A DNA stretch of 48,680 bases from Armatimonadota bacterium (GTDB lineage: Bacteria > Vulcanimicrobiota > JACPDS01 > JBDRKI01), in contig JBDRKI010000069.1 of NCBI GenBank assembly GCA_043814095.1, positions 1 to 48,680 on the forward strand, read 5' to 3'. The translations under genes were made by a program, and so were the position numbers. Of the stretch, positions 27,705 to 36,571 are shown in pieces. Below the pieces are notes generated by a model that was not told the DNA's origin, ran no database searches, and saw only the letters and a list, made by a program, of their open reading frames with translations. How positions within the stretch are numbered: the first letter of the stretch is position 1; the number at the start of each line of letters is the position of its first letter.

Positions 27705-28025
27705 ATGGTAATAGGTAAAGTTTTAGGCACTGTTGTCTGCACCCAGAAAAGCAGCAGGCTGGACGGGGTTAAGCTGCAGATTGTCCAGCCGATAGACGTG
27801 AATACATTGAAACTGGAAGGCAAAAGCCTTGTTGCTATTGATACGGTAGGCGCGGGAGAGGGCGAGATTGTTATGCTTGTATCCGGCAGCTCTGCCAGGC
27901 AGACAGAAACAACAAACAATACCCCTACGGATGCGGCAATTATAGCCATTCTTGATACCATAGAAGTTGACGGGAGCGTCCTTTACGATAAAAGCAAAGA
28001 GAGAATTTCGGGATCTAAGAAATAA
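27705..28025 (+). CDS. eutN: BMC-P vertex pentamer (EutN/CcmL)
   Basis: GKVLGTVVCTQK, VAIDTVGAGEGE, GSSAR, DAAIIAILD. Confidence 0.95.
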   Translation: MVIGKVLGTVVCTQKSSRLDGVKLQIVQPIDVNTLKLEGKSLVAIDTVGAGEGEIVMLVSGSSARQTETTNNTPTDAAIIAILDTIEVDGSVLYDKSKERISGSKK

Positions 28026-28042
28026 AAATTCCGGAGGAGCTT

Positions 28043-29494
28043 ATGTCACTGGATGAAAAAAAAGTTTCGCGTATAGTGGAAGACATACTTGAAAAAGTAA
28101 TGACCCGCACCCCGCCGGCCGGTGCGGTTCCGGATGCGGGCATTAAAATTATGCCTGAGGTTGCCATGGAAAACGGGGCTTTTGAGACTGTTGACCAGGC
28201 TGTTGAGAACGCGGCTCTGGCTTTCAGGAAATTCCAGAAGATATCTTTAGAAACCAGGAAAAAAATTATTGAGAATATGAGAAAAGCCTCACGCGATAAT
28301 GCCGTTATGCTTGCAGAGACGGCAGTCCGGGAAACGGGCCTCGGGAGACTTGAGGACAAGATAAATAAAAATCTTCTATGCGCGGATAAAACACCCGGCG
28401 TCGAAGATTTAGAATCAAAAGCGTTTAGCGGGGATAAAGGTTTAACATTAACAGAGATGGCTCCGTACGGGGTGATCGGAGCAATAACTCCCACAACCAA
28501 TCCGGCGGCGACGGTTATAAATAATTCAATAAGCATGGTGGCGGCAGGCAATGCCGTTGTGTATAACCATCATCCCGGCGCCAGAAAGACTTCAATTAAA
28601 ACACTCCAGATTCTTAATGACGCCATAAAAGAAGCGGGCGGTCCCGAGAATCTTCTTACGTGTGTTTTTAACCCGACAATAGAATCAAGTCAGGCGTTAA
28701 TGAAGCATAAAGGAATAAGGCTTCTTGTCGTAACAGGCGGTCCCGCGGTTGTAAAGCAGGCCATGGGAAGCGGGAAAAAGACTATAGCGGCAGGGCCGGG
28801 CAACCCTCCTGTTGTTGTTGATGAAACAGCGGATATAGGGAAAGCGGTTAAAGACATCATTAACGGGGCTTCATTTGATAATAATATAGGTTGCATAGCG
28901 GAAAAAGAAGTATTTGTTGTGGAAAAAGTGGCGGAAGATCTTATAAGGAATTTTAAAAATCAGGGGCAGTACGAGCTTTCGGGAAAAGAGCTTGATAAAG
29001 TTATGGATATCATATTCCAGGATAAAGGCGCGGGATGCGCGCATCCTGTCATGAATAAAAACTTTGTAGGCAAGCCCGCGTCATATATAGCAAAGTCTGC
29101 CGGAATATCCGTTCCTGCTGATACCCGGCTTCTTTTCTGTGTAGTTGAGAAAGATCATCCTCTTGTTCTGGCGGAACAGCTTATGCCCGTTCTGCCGGTT
29201 GTAAGAGTGCCTGACGTGAAAAAAGCAATAGACTGGGCCGTGGAAGTTGAACACGGCGGAAGGCATACGGCAGTTATGCATTCTAAGAATATTGAAAACC
29301 TTCATATGATGGCCTGTAAAGTTGATGCCAGCATATTTGTCAAAAACGCTCCTTCGTACGCGGGGCTTGGATTCGGCGGGGAAGGATATACAACAATGAC
29401 CATAGCTTCCCCGACAGGCGAGGGGCTTACATCCGCAAAGACCTTCTCAAGGTTAAGAAGATGTACTTTAGCGGATTACTTCAGGATTGTTTAA
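28043..29494 (+). CDS. eutE: CoA-acylating aldehyde dehydrogenase (EutE/PduP) with encapsulation peptide
   Basis: TPGVEDL, PTTNP, VTGGP, AGPGNPP, FDNNIGCIAEKE, TIASPTGEG. Confidence 0.95.
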   Translation: MSLDEKKVSRIVEDILEKVMTRTPPAGAVPDAGIKIMPEVAMENGAFETVDQAVENAALAFRKFQKISLETRKKIIENMRKASRDNAVMLAETAVRETGLGRLEDKINKNLLCADKTPGVEDLESKAFSGDKGLTLTEMAPYGVIGAITPTTNPAATVINNSISMVAAGNAVVYNHHPGARKTSIKTLQILNDAIKEAGGPENLLTCVFNPTIESSQALMKHKGIRLLVVTGGPAVVKQAMGSGKKTIAAGPGNPPVVVDETADIGKAVKDIINGASFDNNIGCIAEKEVFVVEKVAEDLIRNFKNQGQYELSGKELDKVMDIIFQDKGAGCAHPVMNKNFVGKPASYIAKSAGISVPADTRLLFCVVEKDHPLVLAEQLMPVLPVVRVPDVKKAIDWAVEVEHGGRHTAVMHSKNIENLHMMACKVDASIFVKNAPSYAGLGFGGEGYTTMTIASPTGEGLTSAKTFSRLRRCTLADYFRIV

Positions 29495-29498
29495 ATAT

Positions 29499-30839
29499 AT
29501 GAGTAATTTTGTTGATAAAATAAAAGACGCGGGAGTTATCGGCGCGGGCGGCGCGGGTTTTCCTTCTTATGTTAAATACCAGTCGCCGGATGTTGATTAT
29601 ATTATCGCCAACGGTGCCGAGTGTGAGCCGTTATTATGTGTTGATAAACATATAATGGAGACAAAAGCAAAAGAGATTGTTGGCGCTCTTTCCGAAGCCG
29701 TTGAGTTTTTAAAGGCAAAAGGCGCATTTATCGCGCTTAAGGGAAAGAATAAAGACGCGGTAAAAGCGCTGGAATGCGAAATAAGCAAAATAGATAAAAG
29801 CAGAATAAAAGTTTTCATACTGGGTGATTTTTATCCCGCGGGTGACGAATTTGTAATGACTTATGAAGTTTTAAAAAGAATCGTTCCCGAAGGCGGGATT
29901 CCCATTAAGGTCGGGACGGTTGTAAATAATGTCTTTACTTTTGTGAATATATATAATGCTTTAAAGGGTATCCCTGTTACAGAGAGGATAGTAACGGTTA
30001 ACGGCCGGGTTAAAGAGCCTTATACCGCGTATCTGCCGGTCGGTATCTCTGTAAAAGATGCGTTAAAACTTGCCGGAGGCCCTGAAGGCGGAGATTATAA
30101 AGTTATACTGGGCGGCCCCATGATGGGGAAGATAATTGATGACCTGTCACAGCCGGTTACCCAGACTACCAGCGGCATTATTGTTCTCCCCTCAGATCAT
30201 GTCCTTATAAGAAGAAAAGAAAGAGCATTAGCGACAGAAGCAAGGATAGGGCGTTCCGCCTGTGACCAGTGCAGGATGTGTACCGACACGTGTCCCAGAT
30301 ACCTGCTGGGGCACGATTTGGAACCGCATATGATTATGCGCACCCTGCCGTACAAAAATATTTCTTCGGATACCGTCTCGTCCGCTTATCTTTGCTGTGA
30401 ATGTAATCTCTGCGCGTATTATTCCTGCCCGCTTTTTTTATCCCCGGGTGTTATAGCTGCGAATCTTAAAAAAGAACTTGCGTCCGCGGGCGTAAAAAGA
30501 CAAACTTCAAAAAAAGAGGATGATTACAGGATAAGGATATTCAGAAATTACAGGCGTATCCCGACGGGTAGATTGATATCCCGGATAGGGCTGGCTGATT
30601 ACAAGAAAGACGCAAAGTTTAAGGATATTAAAATTGAACCATCAAAGGTGAAGATGCCGTTAAAGGCGCATATAGGCGCACCTTCAATGCCTTCTGTTAA
30701 GATCGGTTCAAAAGTTAAAAAAGACGAGCTTATCGCAAAAGCGCCTGAAGGGGCGCTAGGCGTTAATCTTTATGCAAGCATAGATGGAAAGATTGCTGAT
30801 ATAAAAAACGGATTTATTGAGATAATAAGGGAAAACTAG
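29499..30839 (+). CDS. pduS: PduS/RnfC-like flavin Fe-S oxidoreductase
   Basis: GAGGAGFP, NGAECEP, YPAGDE, GGPMMG, CDQCRMCTDTCP, CCECNLC...CP, HIGAP; ATG at 29499. Confidence 0.9.
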   Translation: MSNFVDKIKDAGVIGAGGAGFPSYVKYQSPDVDYIIANGAECEPLLCVDKHIMETKAKEIVGALSEAVEFLKAKGAFIALKGKNKDAVKALECEISKIDKSRIKVFILGDFYPAGDEFVMTYEVLKRIVPEGGIPIKVGTVVNNVFTFVNIYNALKGIPVTERIVTVNGRVKEPYTAYLPVGISVKDALKLAGGPEGGDYKVILGGPMMGKIIDDLSQPVTQTTSGIIVLPSDHVLIRRKERALATEARIGRSACDQCRMCTDTCPRYLLGHDLEPHMIMRTLPYKNISSDTVSSAYLCCECNLCAYYSCPLFLSPGVIAANLKKELASAGVKRQTSKKEDDYRIRIFRNYRRIPTGRLISRIGLADYKKDAKFKDIKIEPSKVKMPLKAHIGAPSMPSVKIGSKVKKDELIAKAPEGALGVNLYASIDGKIADIKNGFIEIIREN

Positions 30840-30848
30840 GAGTTTATT

Positions 30849-31400
30849 ATGGAATTTAATGCCATAGGCATGCTGGAGTTTACAAGTATTTCGGCAGGCA
30901 TAAACGCGGCTGATCAGATGCTGAAAACATCCAAGGTGATTCTTCTTGAAGCCCATCCCATATGTCCGGGTAAATATATGGTATTAATAGCCGGCGGTGT
31001 GGATGAAGTAGCCTCTTCCATAGAGGTCGGGAAAAGGACAGGGGACTCCTTTATGGTTGATGAAATAATTATTCCGAATATCCATCCGGGTATATTCCCG
31101 GCGCTGACGGCTTCTTCCGCAGTTTCTGATATTAAAGCCCTGGGAGTTTTTGAAACATTCTCAGCCGCTTCGGCGATTTCCTCCGCGGATAAAGCGGTTA
31201 AGGCCGCCAATGTTGAACTTATTGATTTAAGGCTCGCAAACGGCATGGGCGGCAAATCATATTTTACGCTGACGGGTGAAGTTTACGATGTTGAAGCCGC
31301 CATGAAAGCCGCTGAAGAGGAGCTTAAAGACAAAGGGCTTATAGTAAACAGCGTGGTTATACCGTCAACACATAAGGAATTATCAAAAGCGTTACTGTAA
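30849..31400 (+). CDS. pduT: BMC-T tandem shell protein, PduT-like (Fe-S Cys retained)
   Basis: Two BMC domains; ICPGKY; RLANGMGGK. Confidence 0.92.
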   Translation: MEFNAIGMLEFTSISAGINAADQMLKTSKVILLEAHPICPGKYMVLIAGGVDEVASSIEVGKRTGDSFMVDEIIIPNIHPGIFPALTASSAVSDIKALGVFETFSAASAISSADKAVKAANVELIDLRLANGMGGKSYFTLTGEVYDVEAAMKAAEEELKDKGLIVNSVVIPSTHKELSKALL

Positions 31401-31413
31401 TGTGAGGTGTTTT

Positions 31414-31869
31414 ATGGAGATAGTCATAGGTTCTGATCACGGCGGTTATGCCGTTAAAGAAAGCATGAAAAAGCTGATAGAGGGCATGGGTTATAAATTA
31501 AGGGATTACGGGACATATTCAACCGATGCTGTGGATTATCCCGATTTCGCGCATCTTGTTGCCCAGGCGGTTTCACAGGGAAACGGGAATGTTCGCGGCA
31601 TAATGATAGATGCCATAGGCGTCGCAAGCGCCATGGTAGCGAATAAGGTTCCAGGGGTGAGGGCCGCGGTATGCAATGATGTTATTTCCGCGAAAAGTTC
31701 GCGCGAGCATAATGACGCGAATATGCTTACTTTCGGAGGGAAGCTTATAGGACCGCAGACTGCCGAAGAAATAGTAAAGACATGGTTAAACACCGACTTT
31801 GCCGGCGGCAGGCACTCAAGACGCGTGGAAAAAATAGTGCAGGTGGATGATAAGTACAGAAAAACGTAA
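31414..31869 (+). CDS. rpiB: RpiB/LacA/LacB family sugar-phosphate isomerase with atypical active-site loop
   Basis: GSDHGG, DYPDFA, ANKVPGVRAA, SREHNDAN, GGRHSRRV; DAIGVAS where CGTGIG is expected. Confidence 0.9.
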   Translation: MEIVIGSDHGGYAVKESMKKLIEGMGYKLRDYGTYSTDAVDYPDFAHLVAQAVSQGNGNVRGIMIDAIGVASAMVANKVPGVRAAVCNDVISAKSSREHNDANMLTFGGKLIGPQTAEEIVKTWLNTDFAGGRHSRRVEKIVQVDDKYRKT

Positions 31870-31882
31870 TCTGGAGATATAA

Positions 31883-32158
31883 ATGTTTTTAGGAAAAGTT
31901 ATAGGCAAAGTGGTAGCTACGAAAAAATATTATAAACTGGAAGGCGGCGCGTTTTATATAGTACAGCCGCTGGACCAGTTTGAAAAACCGGTTGATAAGC
32001 CAATAGTGGCGATAGATTTTGTTCATTCTCACACAGGGGATATTGTTTACCTGGTAAAGTCAAGGGAAGCGGGAATGCCGTGGAGTATTCCCGGAGCTCC
32101 GCTTGACGCGGGAATTGTGGGCATAGTAGACAGGATTGTTAATGAGGAAGCATTATGA
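31883..32158 (+). CDS. BMC-P pentamer 2 (EutN/CcmL)
   Basis: GKVIGKVVATKK, VAID, SREA, DAGIVGIVD. Confidence 0.9.
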   Translation: MFLGKVIGKVVATKKYYKLEGGAFYIVQPLDQFEKPVDKPIVAIDFVHSHTGDIVYLVKSREAGMPWSIPGAPLDAGIVGIVDRIVNEEAL

Positions 32159-32430
32159 TAGTCGGAAAAGTAACCGGAAATCTGTGGGCGACGATTCAGG
32201 ACAAGCATTTTAACGGGGAAAAGATTTTTTTCGTCACACCTTATAACGCTTTAACCGGCAGATTTGAAGGCACTGCGGTGCTTGCCGTTGATACGGTGGG
32301 CTCGGGAATAGGTGATAATGTTCTTCTGTTTTACGAAGGCAATTCGGCAAGACAGGTTCTGGGATGCAGTACAACACCAGCGGAAGCGGTGATTGTCGGG
32401 TTTGTTGACGAGATAAATGTTAAGAAATAA
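32155..32430 (+). CDS. BMC-P pentamer 3 (EutN/CcmL)
   Basis: GKVTGNLWAT, AVDTVGSGIGD, EGNSAR, IVGFVD; ATGA coupling. Confidence 0.9.
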   Translation: MIVGKVTGNLWATIQDKHFNGEKIFFVTPYNALTGRFEGTAVLAVDTVGSGIGDNVLLFYEGNSARQVLGCSTTPAEAVIVGFVDEINVKK

Positions 32431-33910
32431 TAATATGGAAAACAATAAAAATAATAAAAGCTACATAGCCATATTAACAATGGTAATAGCGCTTGCGCTG
32501 ATTCTGCGTTATTTTAAAGCAGATACCATGAATCTTTGGCTTGATGAGGCTTTCGGGTACTGGTTAAGTTTACAGCCCCTTTCAAATATTTTAAAATATA
32601 TATACAATATGGATGCTCACCCCCCGCTTTTTTATTTTTTCCTGCACTTCTGGGTTAAAGCGGGCCATAACCCTCTTACTTTGAGACTCCCGGGCATAAT
32701 TTTAGGATCGTTGAGCCTGATAGGCGTTTATCTTCTTGGAAAAGAGCTTATTAATAAGCAAGCCGGATTAATAGCCGCGTTTATGACTGCGGTTTCCGTG
32801 TCCTGCGTTATGATGAGCCGCGAGATAAGGATGTATGTATATCTTTCATTTTTTATTATTTTCGCGTTTTACTTTTTTGTTAAACTTTTTGACCGCCGGG
32901 AGGTGCCGGAATCGGAATATAATCCTAAACCCATATACTGGTTTTTATATATGATATGCATGGTCGCAAGCTGGTATCTGCATTATTTAGGTATCTTTGT
33001 GAGCGTAAGCCATAATATCATAGTGGCTTTATTTTATAGAAGGATAAATATAAGACACTGGATTTTATCCCAGCTTATTATTTTAATATGTTATATCCCG
33101 TGGTATAAATATCTGTTTTACCAGATTTTCTGCTCAAGAGGTCCGCAGGAAGCCACTTTCGGATGGAACGCGATACTTTATATATGGGACCTGCTGTTCA
33201 GTTCTTCAATGCTTCTATATCCTGATAAATACAATATGTGGTTTGTCTTTATAATATCGGCCTTATGCCTGCTTATACTGATTCTCTCAATTGTAAATTA
33301 CCGCAAAGACAGATTTTTTCTGGCGGTGGTTTTTATAGGTTTTTACACCCCGTTTTTAATTCTTTATTTTAAGTCTCTTTTAACATCGCAGACTATATTC
33401 CAGTTGAGGTATTTTAATTACGCGCTTCCCTTGTATTTTTTAATCGTTGTATCGTCTTTTGTGACAAAGAAAAAAATAAACACATTCCTTGCCTTTATAA
33501 TAATAGGGAGTTTTCTGGTATTTAATGCCGCGGGGCTGTATAATAAGTATTATGTTAAAGGATTTCAGGTGCAGAGATGGACAGAAGCCGTGGAATATCT
33601 GCAGGAACATTATAATAGTAATGACGCGATAATTATCCAGAGCTCTTTTCAGGCAATGCCGTTTAACTATTATTTCAGGCAGAAACATACAGAATATTAT
33701 TTAACGGGAAAAGATGTTCCGGAATTAAAAGGAATACTCGCCAAACACGGCAGGATATGGATGGTTATGAGTTTTGCATGGCAGAGCGATTCGGAAAACA
33801 GGATAGCCAAATGGCTGTATGAAAACTGTGAATGGGAAGCGGTAAGGTATAAAAATTTTACGCAATCCGACGCGGATATTATCGTGATATTATTTACTCC
33901 AAAAAAGTAA
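32417..33910 (+). CDS. GT-C (family 39/PMT-like) membrane glycosyltransferase
   Basis: LWLDEAF, DAHPPLF, REIRMY, QRW, PFNYY; alternative start at 32435. Confidence 0.85.
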   Translation: MLRNNNMENNKNNKSYIAILTMVIALALILRYFKADTMNLWLDEAFGYWLSLQPLSNILKYIYNMDAHPPLFYFFLHFWVKAGHNPLTLRLPGIILGSLSLIGVYLLGKELINKQAGLIAAFMTAVSVSCVMMSREIRMYVYLSFFIIFAFYFFVKLFDRREVPESEYNPKPIYWFLYMICMVASWYLHYLGIFVSVSHNIIVALFYRRINIRHWILSQLIILICYIPWYKYLFYQIFCSRGPQEATFGWNAILYIWDLLFSSSMLLYPDKYNMWFVFIISALCLLILILSIVNYRKDRFFLAVVFIGFYTPFLILYFKSLLTSQTIFQLRYFNYALPLYFLIVVSSFVTKKKINTFLAFIIIGSFLVFNAAGLYNKYYVKGFQVQRWTEAVEYLQEHYNSNDAIIIQSSFQAMPFNYYFRQKHTEYYLTGKDVPELKGILAKHGRIWMVMSFAWQSDSENRIAKWLYENCEWEAVRYKNFTQSDADIIVILFTPKK

Positions 33911-33943
33911 TTATATAATACAATCATAATGTGAGGTGCTATT

Positions 33944-35329
33944 ATGGAATACAAAGAATTAGTTGAAGAAATTACAAGGCAGGTTATAGAAAAGCTGAAA
34001 ACAAAAGAAGGAGGCGCGCCTTCCGTAGAGCCGCAGGCAAGCTGTTTCAGCCCTTCAAATCATCTCAGGGTAGGAGTTTTGTTTTCGGGCCGGTATGAGG
34101 ACCTGGAATCTCTTTTGCGGATAATAAAAGGTCTCGGGGTTATAAGAAACAATCTCATGCTTATTGTTACGGGGCCCAACAGGGTTTGGCTCCCTTCAGA
34201 TATGCAGGATGTATTCGGCAGGGTAGAGTACTGGGATCTTTCCCGTGCCCATTTTTATAAAACCCTTTTAAGCGAGTTTGATACTCTGGTTATACCTTTG
34301 TTTGAATTTACCCTTGTTTCCAACCTTGCTTCGGTATTAGATTCGGATCCGCGGGTTAAATTTGCTATGGAAGCTTTGAATTCAAAGAAAAACGTGTTTA
34401 TAATTCCGGATGAACTTTTTAAAAATTCGTCTTTGGGAGATAAGCTCCAGCAGTCCATGAATATTCTTAATTCTTACGGGATAAGGTGTTTGAGTATATC
34501 AAATACATCTGTTTCTTCTCCGGGGTTGGAGAAATGCAGCGCGGTTATAGGCGAGTGCTCTTCATGCGGGCGCTGTGTGGAGTTTTTAAAAGGGCAGGTT
34601 GAAAACGTTGTTTCCTGCGGGGCAGACAGGATATCGTCAACCGTGGGCGTAAGCCCGGATAACAGTATGGCCTCAATGATAGACCATACTCTTTTAAAGC
34701 CGGACGCGACGCGCGAGGAGGTTATAAAGCTTTGTGAGGAAGCGAAAAAATACACGTTTGCCAGTGTATGTATAAATCCTTCGTACGTTAAGCTGGCTGC
34801 CGATATGCTGCGCGGCACACCTGTTAAAGTCTGCACCGTGGTGGGCTTTCCTCTCGGCGCCACAACTACAATGACAAAAGTAAACGAGACAAGGGATGCG
34901 GTGGCAAACGGAGCCACTGAAATAGATATGGTTATAAACGTGGGCGCGCTGAAAGCCAGGCAGTATGACATTGTAAAGGAAGATATAACCGGTGTTGTTG
35001 AAGCTGCAGGAGGATATATTGTTAAAGTTATTTTAGAGACGGCTCTCTTAACGGATGAAGAGAAAGTTAAGGCGTGCGGGATTGCGAAAGAAGCCGGCGC
35101 TGATTTTGTAAAAACGTCTACCGGCTTCGGACCCGGCGGCGCGACAGCCGAAGATATAGCGTTAATGAGAAAAACAGTCGGCAAGTATATGGGAGTTAAA
35201 GCTTCGGGCGGGATACGCGACTTTGAAACCGCCCAGAAGATGATTAAAGCCGGCGCGACAAGGATAGGGGCAAGCGCGTCTGTTGCCATAGTAAAGGGAG
35301 ATAAGCCGTCCGGAAGCGATAAATATTAA
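33944..35329 (+). CDS. deoC: Deoxyribose-phosphate aldolase with ~240-aa N-terminal extension (encapsulation peptide, flavoprotein-like domain, Cys-rich linker)
   Basis: [48 protein letters not shown] from about aa 242. Confidence 0.93.
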   Translation: MEYKELVEEITRQVIEKLKTKEGGAPSVEPQASCFSPSNHLRVGVLFSGRYEDLESLLRIIKGLGVIRNNLMLIVTGPNRVWLPSDMQDVFGRVEYWDLSRAHFYKTLLSEFDTLVIPLFEFTLVSNLASVLDSDPRVKFAMEALNSKKNVFIIPDELFKNSSLGDKLQQSMNILNSYGIRCLSISNTSVSSPGLEKCSAVIGECSSCGRCVEFLKGQVENVVSCGADRISSTVGVSPDNSMASMIDHTLLKPDATREEVIKLCEEAKKYTFASVCINPSYVKLAADMLRGTPVKVCTVVGFPLGATTTMTKVNETRDAVANGATEIDMVINVGALKARQYDIVKEDITGVVEAAGGYIVKVILETALLTDEEKVKACGIAKEAGADFVKTSTGFGPGGATAEDIALMRKTVGKYMGVKASGGIRDFETAQKMIKAGATRIGASASVAIVKGDKPSGSDKY

Positions 35330-35368
35330 TCCATACTTAAAATATGTTAAGGATATAAAGGAAACAAA

Positions 35369-36133
35369 ATGTCAAGATATTATTCTACAGAAGGGGTAAT
35401 TATAAAAACAAGGCCCCTGGGAGAATCTGATAAGGTGTACACCGTTTTATCGGCTGATTACGGAAAATTTGAGGCAAAAGCCAGGAGCAGCAGGCTTATT
35501 AAAAGCAAGCTCTCCGGCAGTCTGGAAATATTCAGCATGGTTAAGCTTTATCTGGCCAGGGGAAAAAGCATGGATGTAATCACCCAGGTTGAATTGATTG
35601 ATTCGCATTCTGATATAAGGTCTTCTTTAACAAAACTGGCGGCCGGATTTTACCTTCTGGAGATTTTTAATAAATCAATCATTGACCACGAAAAGGATTA
35701 TAAGGTGTATGCTCTTTTAAAACAGGCCTTAACCCTTATATCAGGGCATGAAAATTTAGATATAATTCTGCGGGCGGTTGAAGTAAGACTCCTTTTTCTG
35801 CTTGGGTACCAGCCGGTTCTTGACAGATGTGTTGCCTGCAGCGGAAGAACCGCCAAACTTGATTATATAAATGTAACCATGGGCGGGCTCCTCTGCCAGG
35901 AGTGTTTTTTGAAGAACCGCGGCAGTTTTACCATATATCCGGCAACAAAAGAAGTAATGAGGTATTTTCAAAAATTTGATATCAATAAAGTAAACCGGAT
36001 AAAGCTGACAGAAGACGTTATGAAAAACATATTTAAGATAAACACAATGTTTTATATGACGTATTTTAATTATAAAATAGCGTCTATTGATTTTATAAAT
36101 AAATTAAAAGAAAAGCAAACGGCCGGGGTGTAA
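35369..36133 (+). CDS. recO: DNA repair protein RecO
   Basis: GESDK, YGKFEA.A, LGYQP.LDRCVAC...GGLLCQEC. Confidence 0.93.
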   Translation: MSRYYSTEGVIIKTRPLGESDKVYTVLSADYGKFEAKARSSRLIKSKLSGSLEIFSMVKLYLARGKSMDVITQVELIDSHSDIRSSLTKLAAGFYLLEIFNKSIIDHEKDYKVYALLKQALTLISGHENLDIILRAVEVRLLFLLGYQPVLDRCVACSGRTAKLDYINVTMGGLLCQECFLKNRGSFTIYPATKEVMRYFQKFDINKVNRIKLTEDVMKNIFKINTMFYMTYFNYKIASIDFINKLKEKQTAGV

Positions 36134-36136
36134 TAA

Positions 36137-36568
36137 ATGCAGAGAATTTTATGTCTTGATATAGGAGAAAAAAGGATAGGTCTTGCGGTAAGCGATCCTT
36201 TAGGCATTACCGCTCAGCCCATTGATTATATTCTTAATACCGGCAAAAAGAATGTCTGCGAAAGGATAAAAGAGCTGGTATCGGAATATAATATAGGTAA
36301 AATAGTCGCGGGGATCCCCTATAATTTAAAGGGGGAGAAAACCGAATCCACAGAAAGAGCGGAGAAGCTTTTAGATTTTTTAAAAAAGAACATAGAAAAT
36401 GTGGATTTTGATTCCATAGACGAAAGGCTCTCCACGGCGCAGGCGCAGAACCTGCTTATTGAAGCCGACGTAAGAAGAAATAAAAGAAAAGAAAAAATAG
36501 ATAAATTAGCCGCCTCTTTAATTTTACAGAATTATCTTAGTATAAAACAATGCAAAAGCGAGGGTTAA
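36137..36568 (+). CDS. ruvX: YqgF/RuvX RNase H-fold nuclease
   Basis: LDIGEKRIGLAVSD, DERLST, IDKLAASLILQNYL. Confidence 0.95.
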   Translation: MQRILCLDIGEKRIGLAVSDPLGITAQPIDYILNTGKKNVCERIKELVSEYNIGKIVAGIPYNLKGEKTESTERAEKLLDFLKKNIENVDFDSIDERLSTAQAQNLLIEADVRRNKRKEKIDKLAASLILQNYLSIKQCKSEG

Positions 36569-36571
36569 ATA

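Noticed and set aside
34474-35289. 271-aa antisense ORF, and many similar shadow ORFs opposite thrC, the permease, eutE and pilC
   Set aside because: They are reverse-frame shadows of well-supported genes and show no recognisable motifs.
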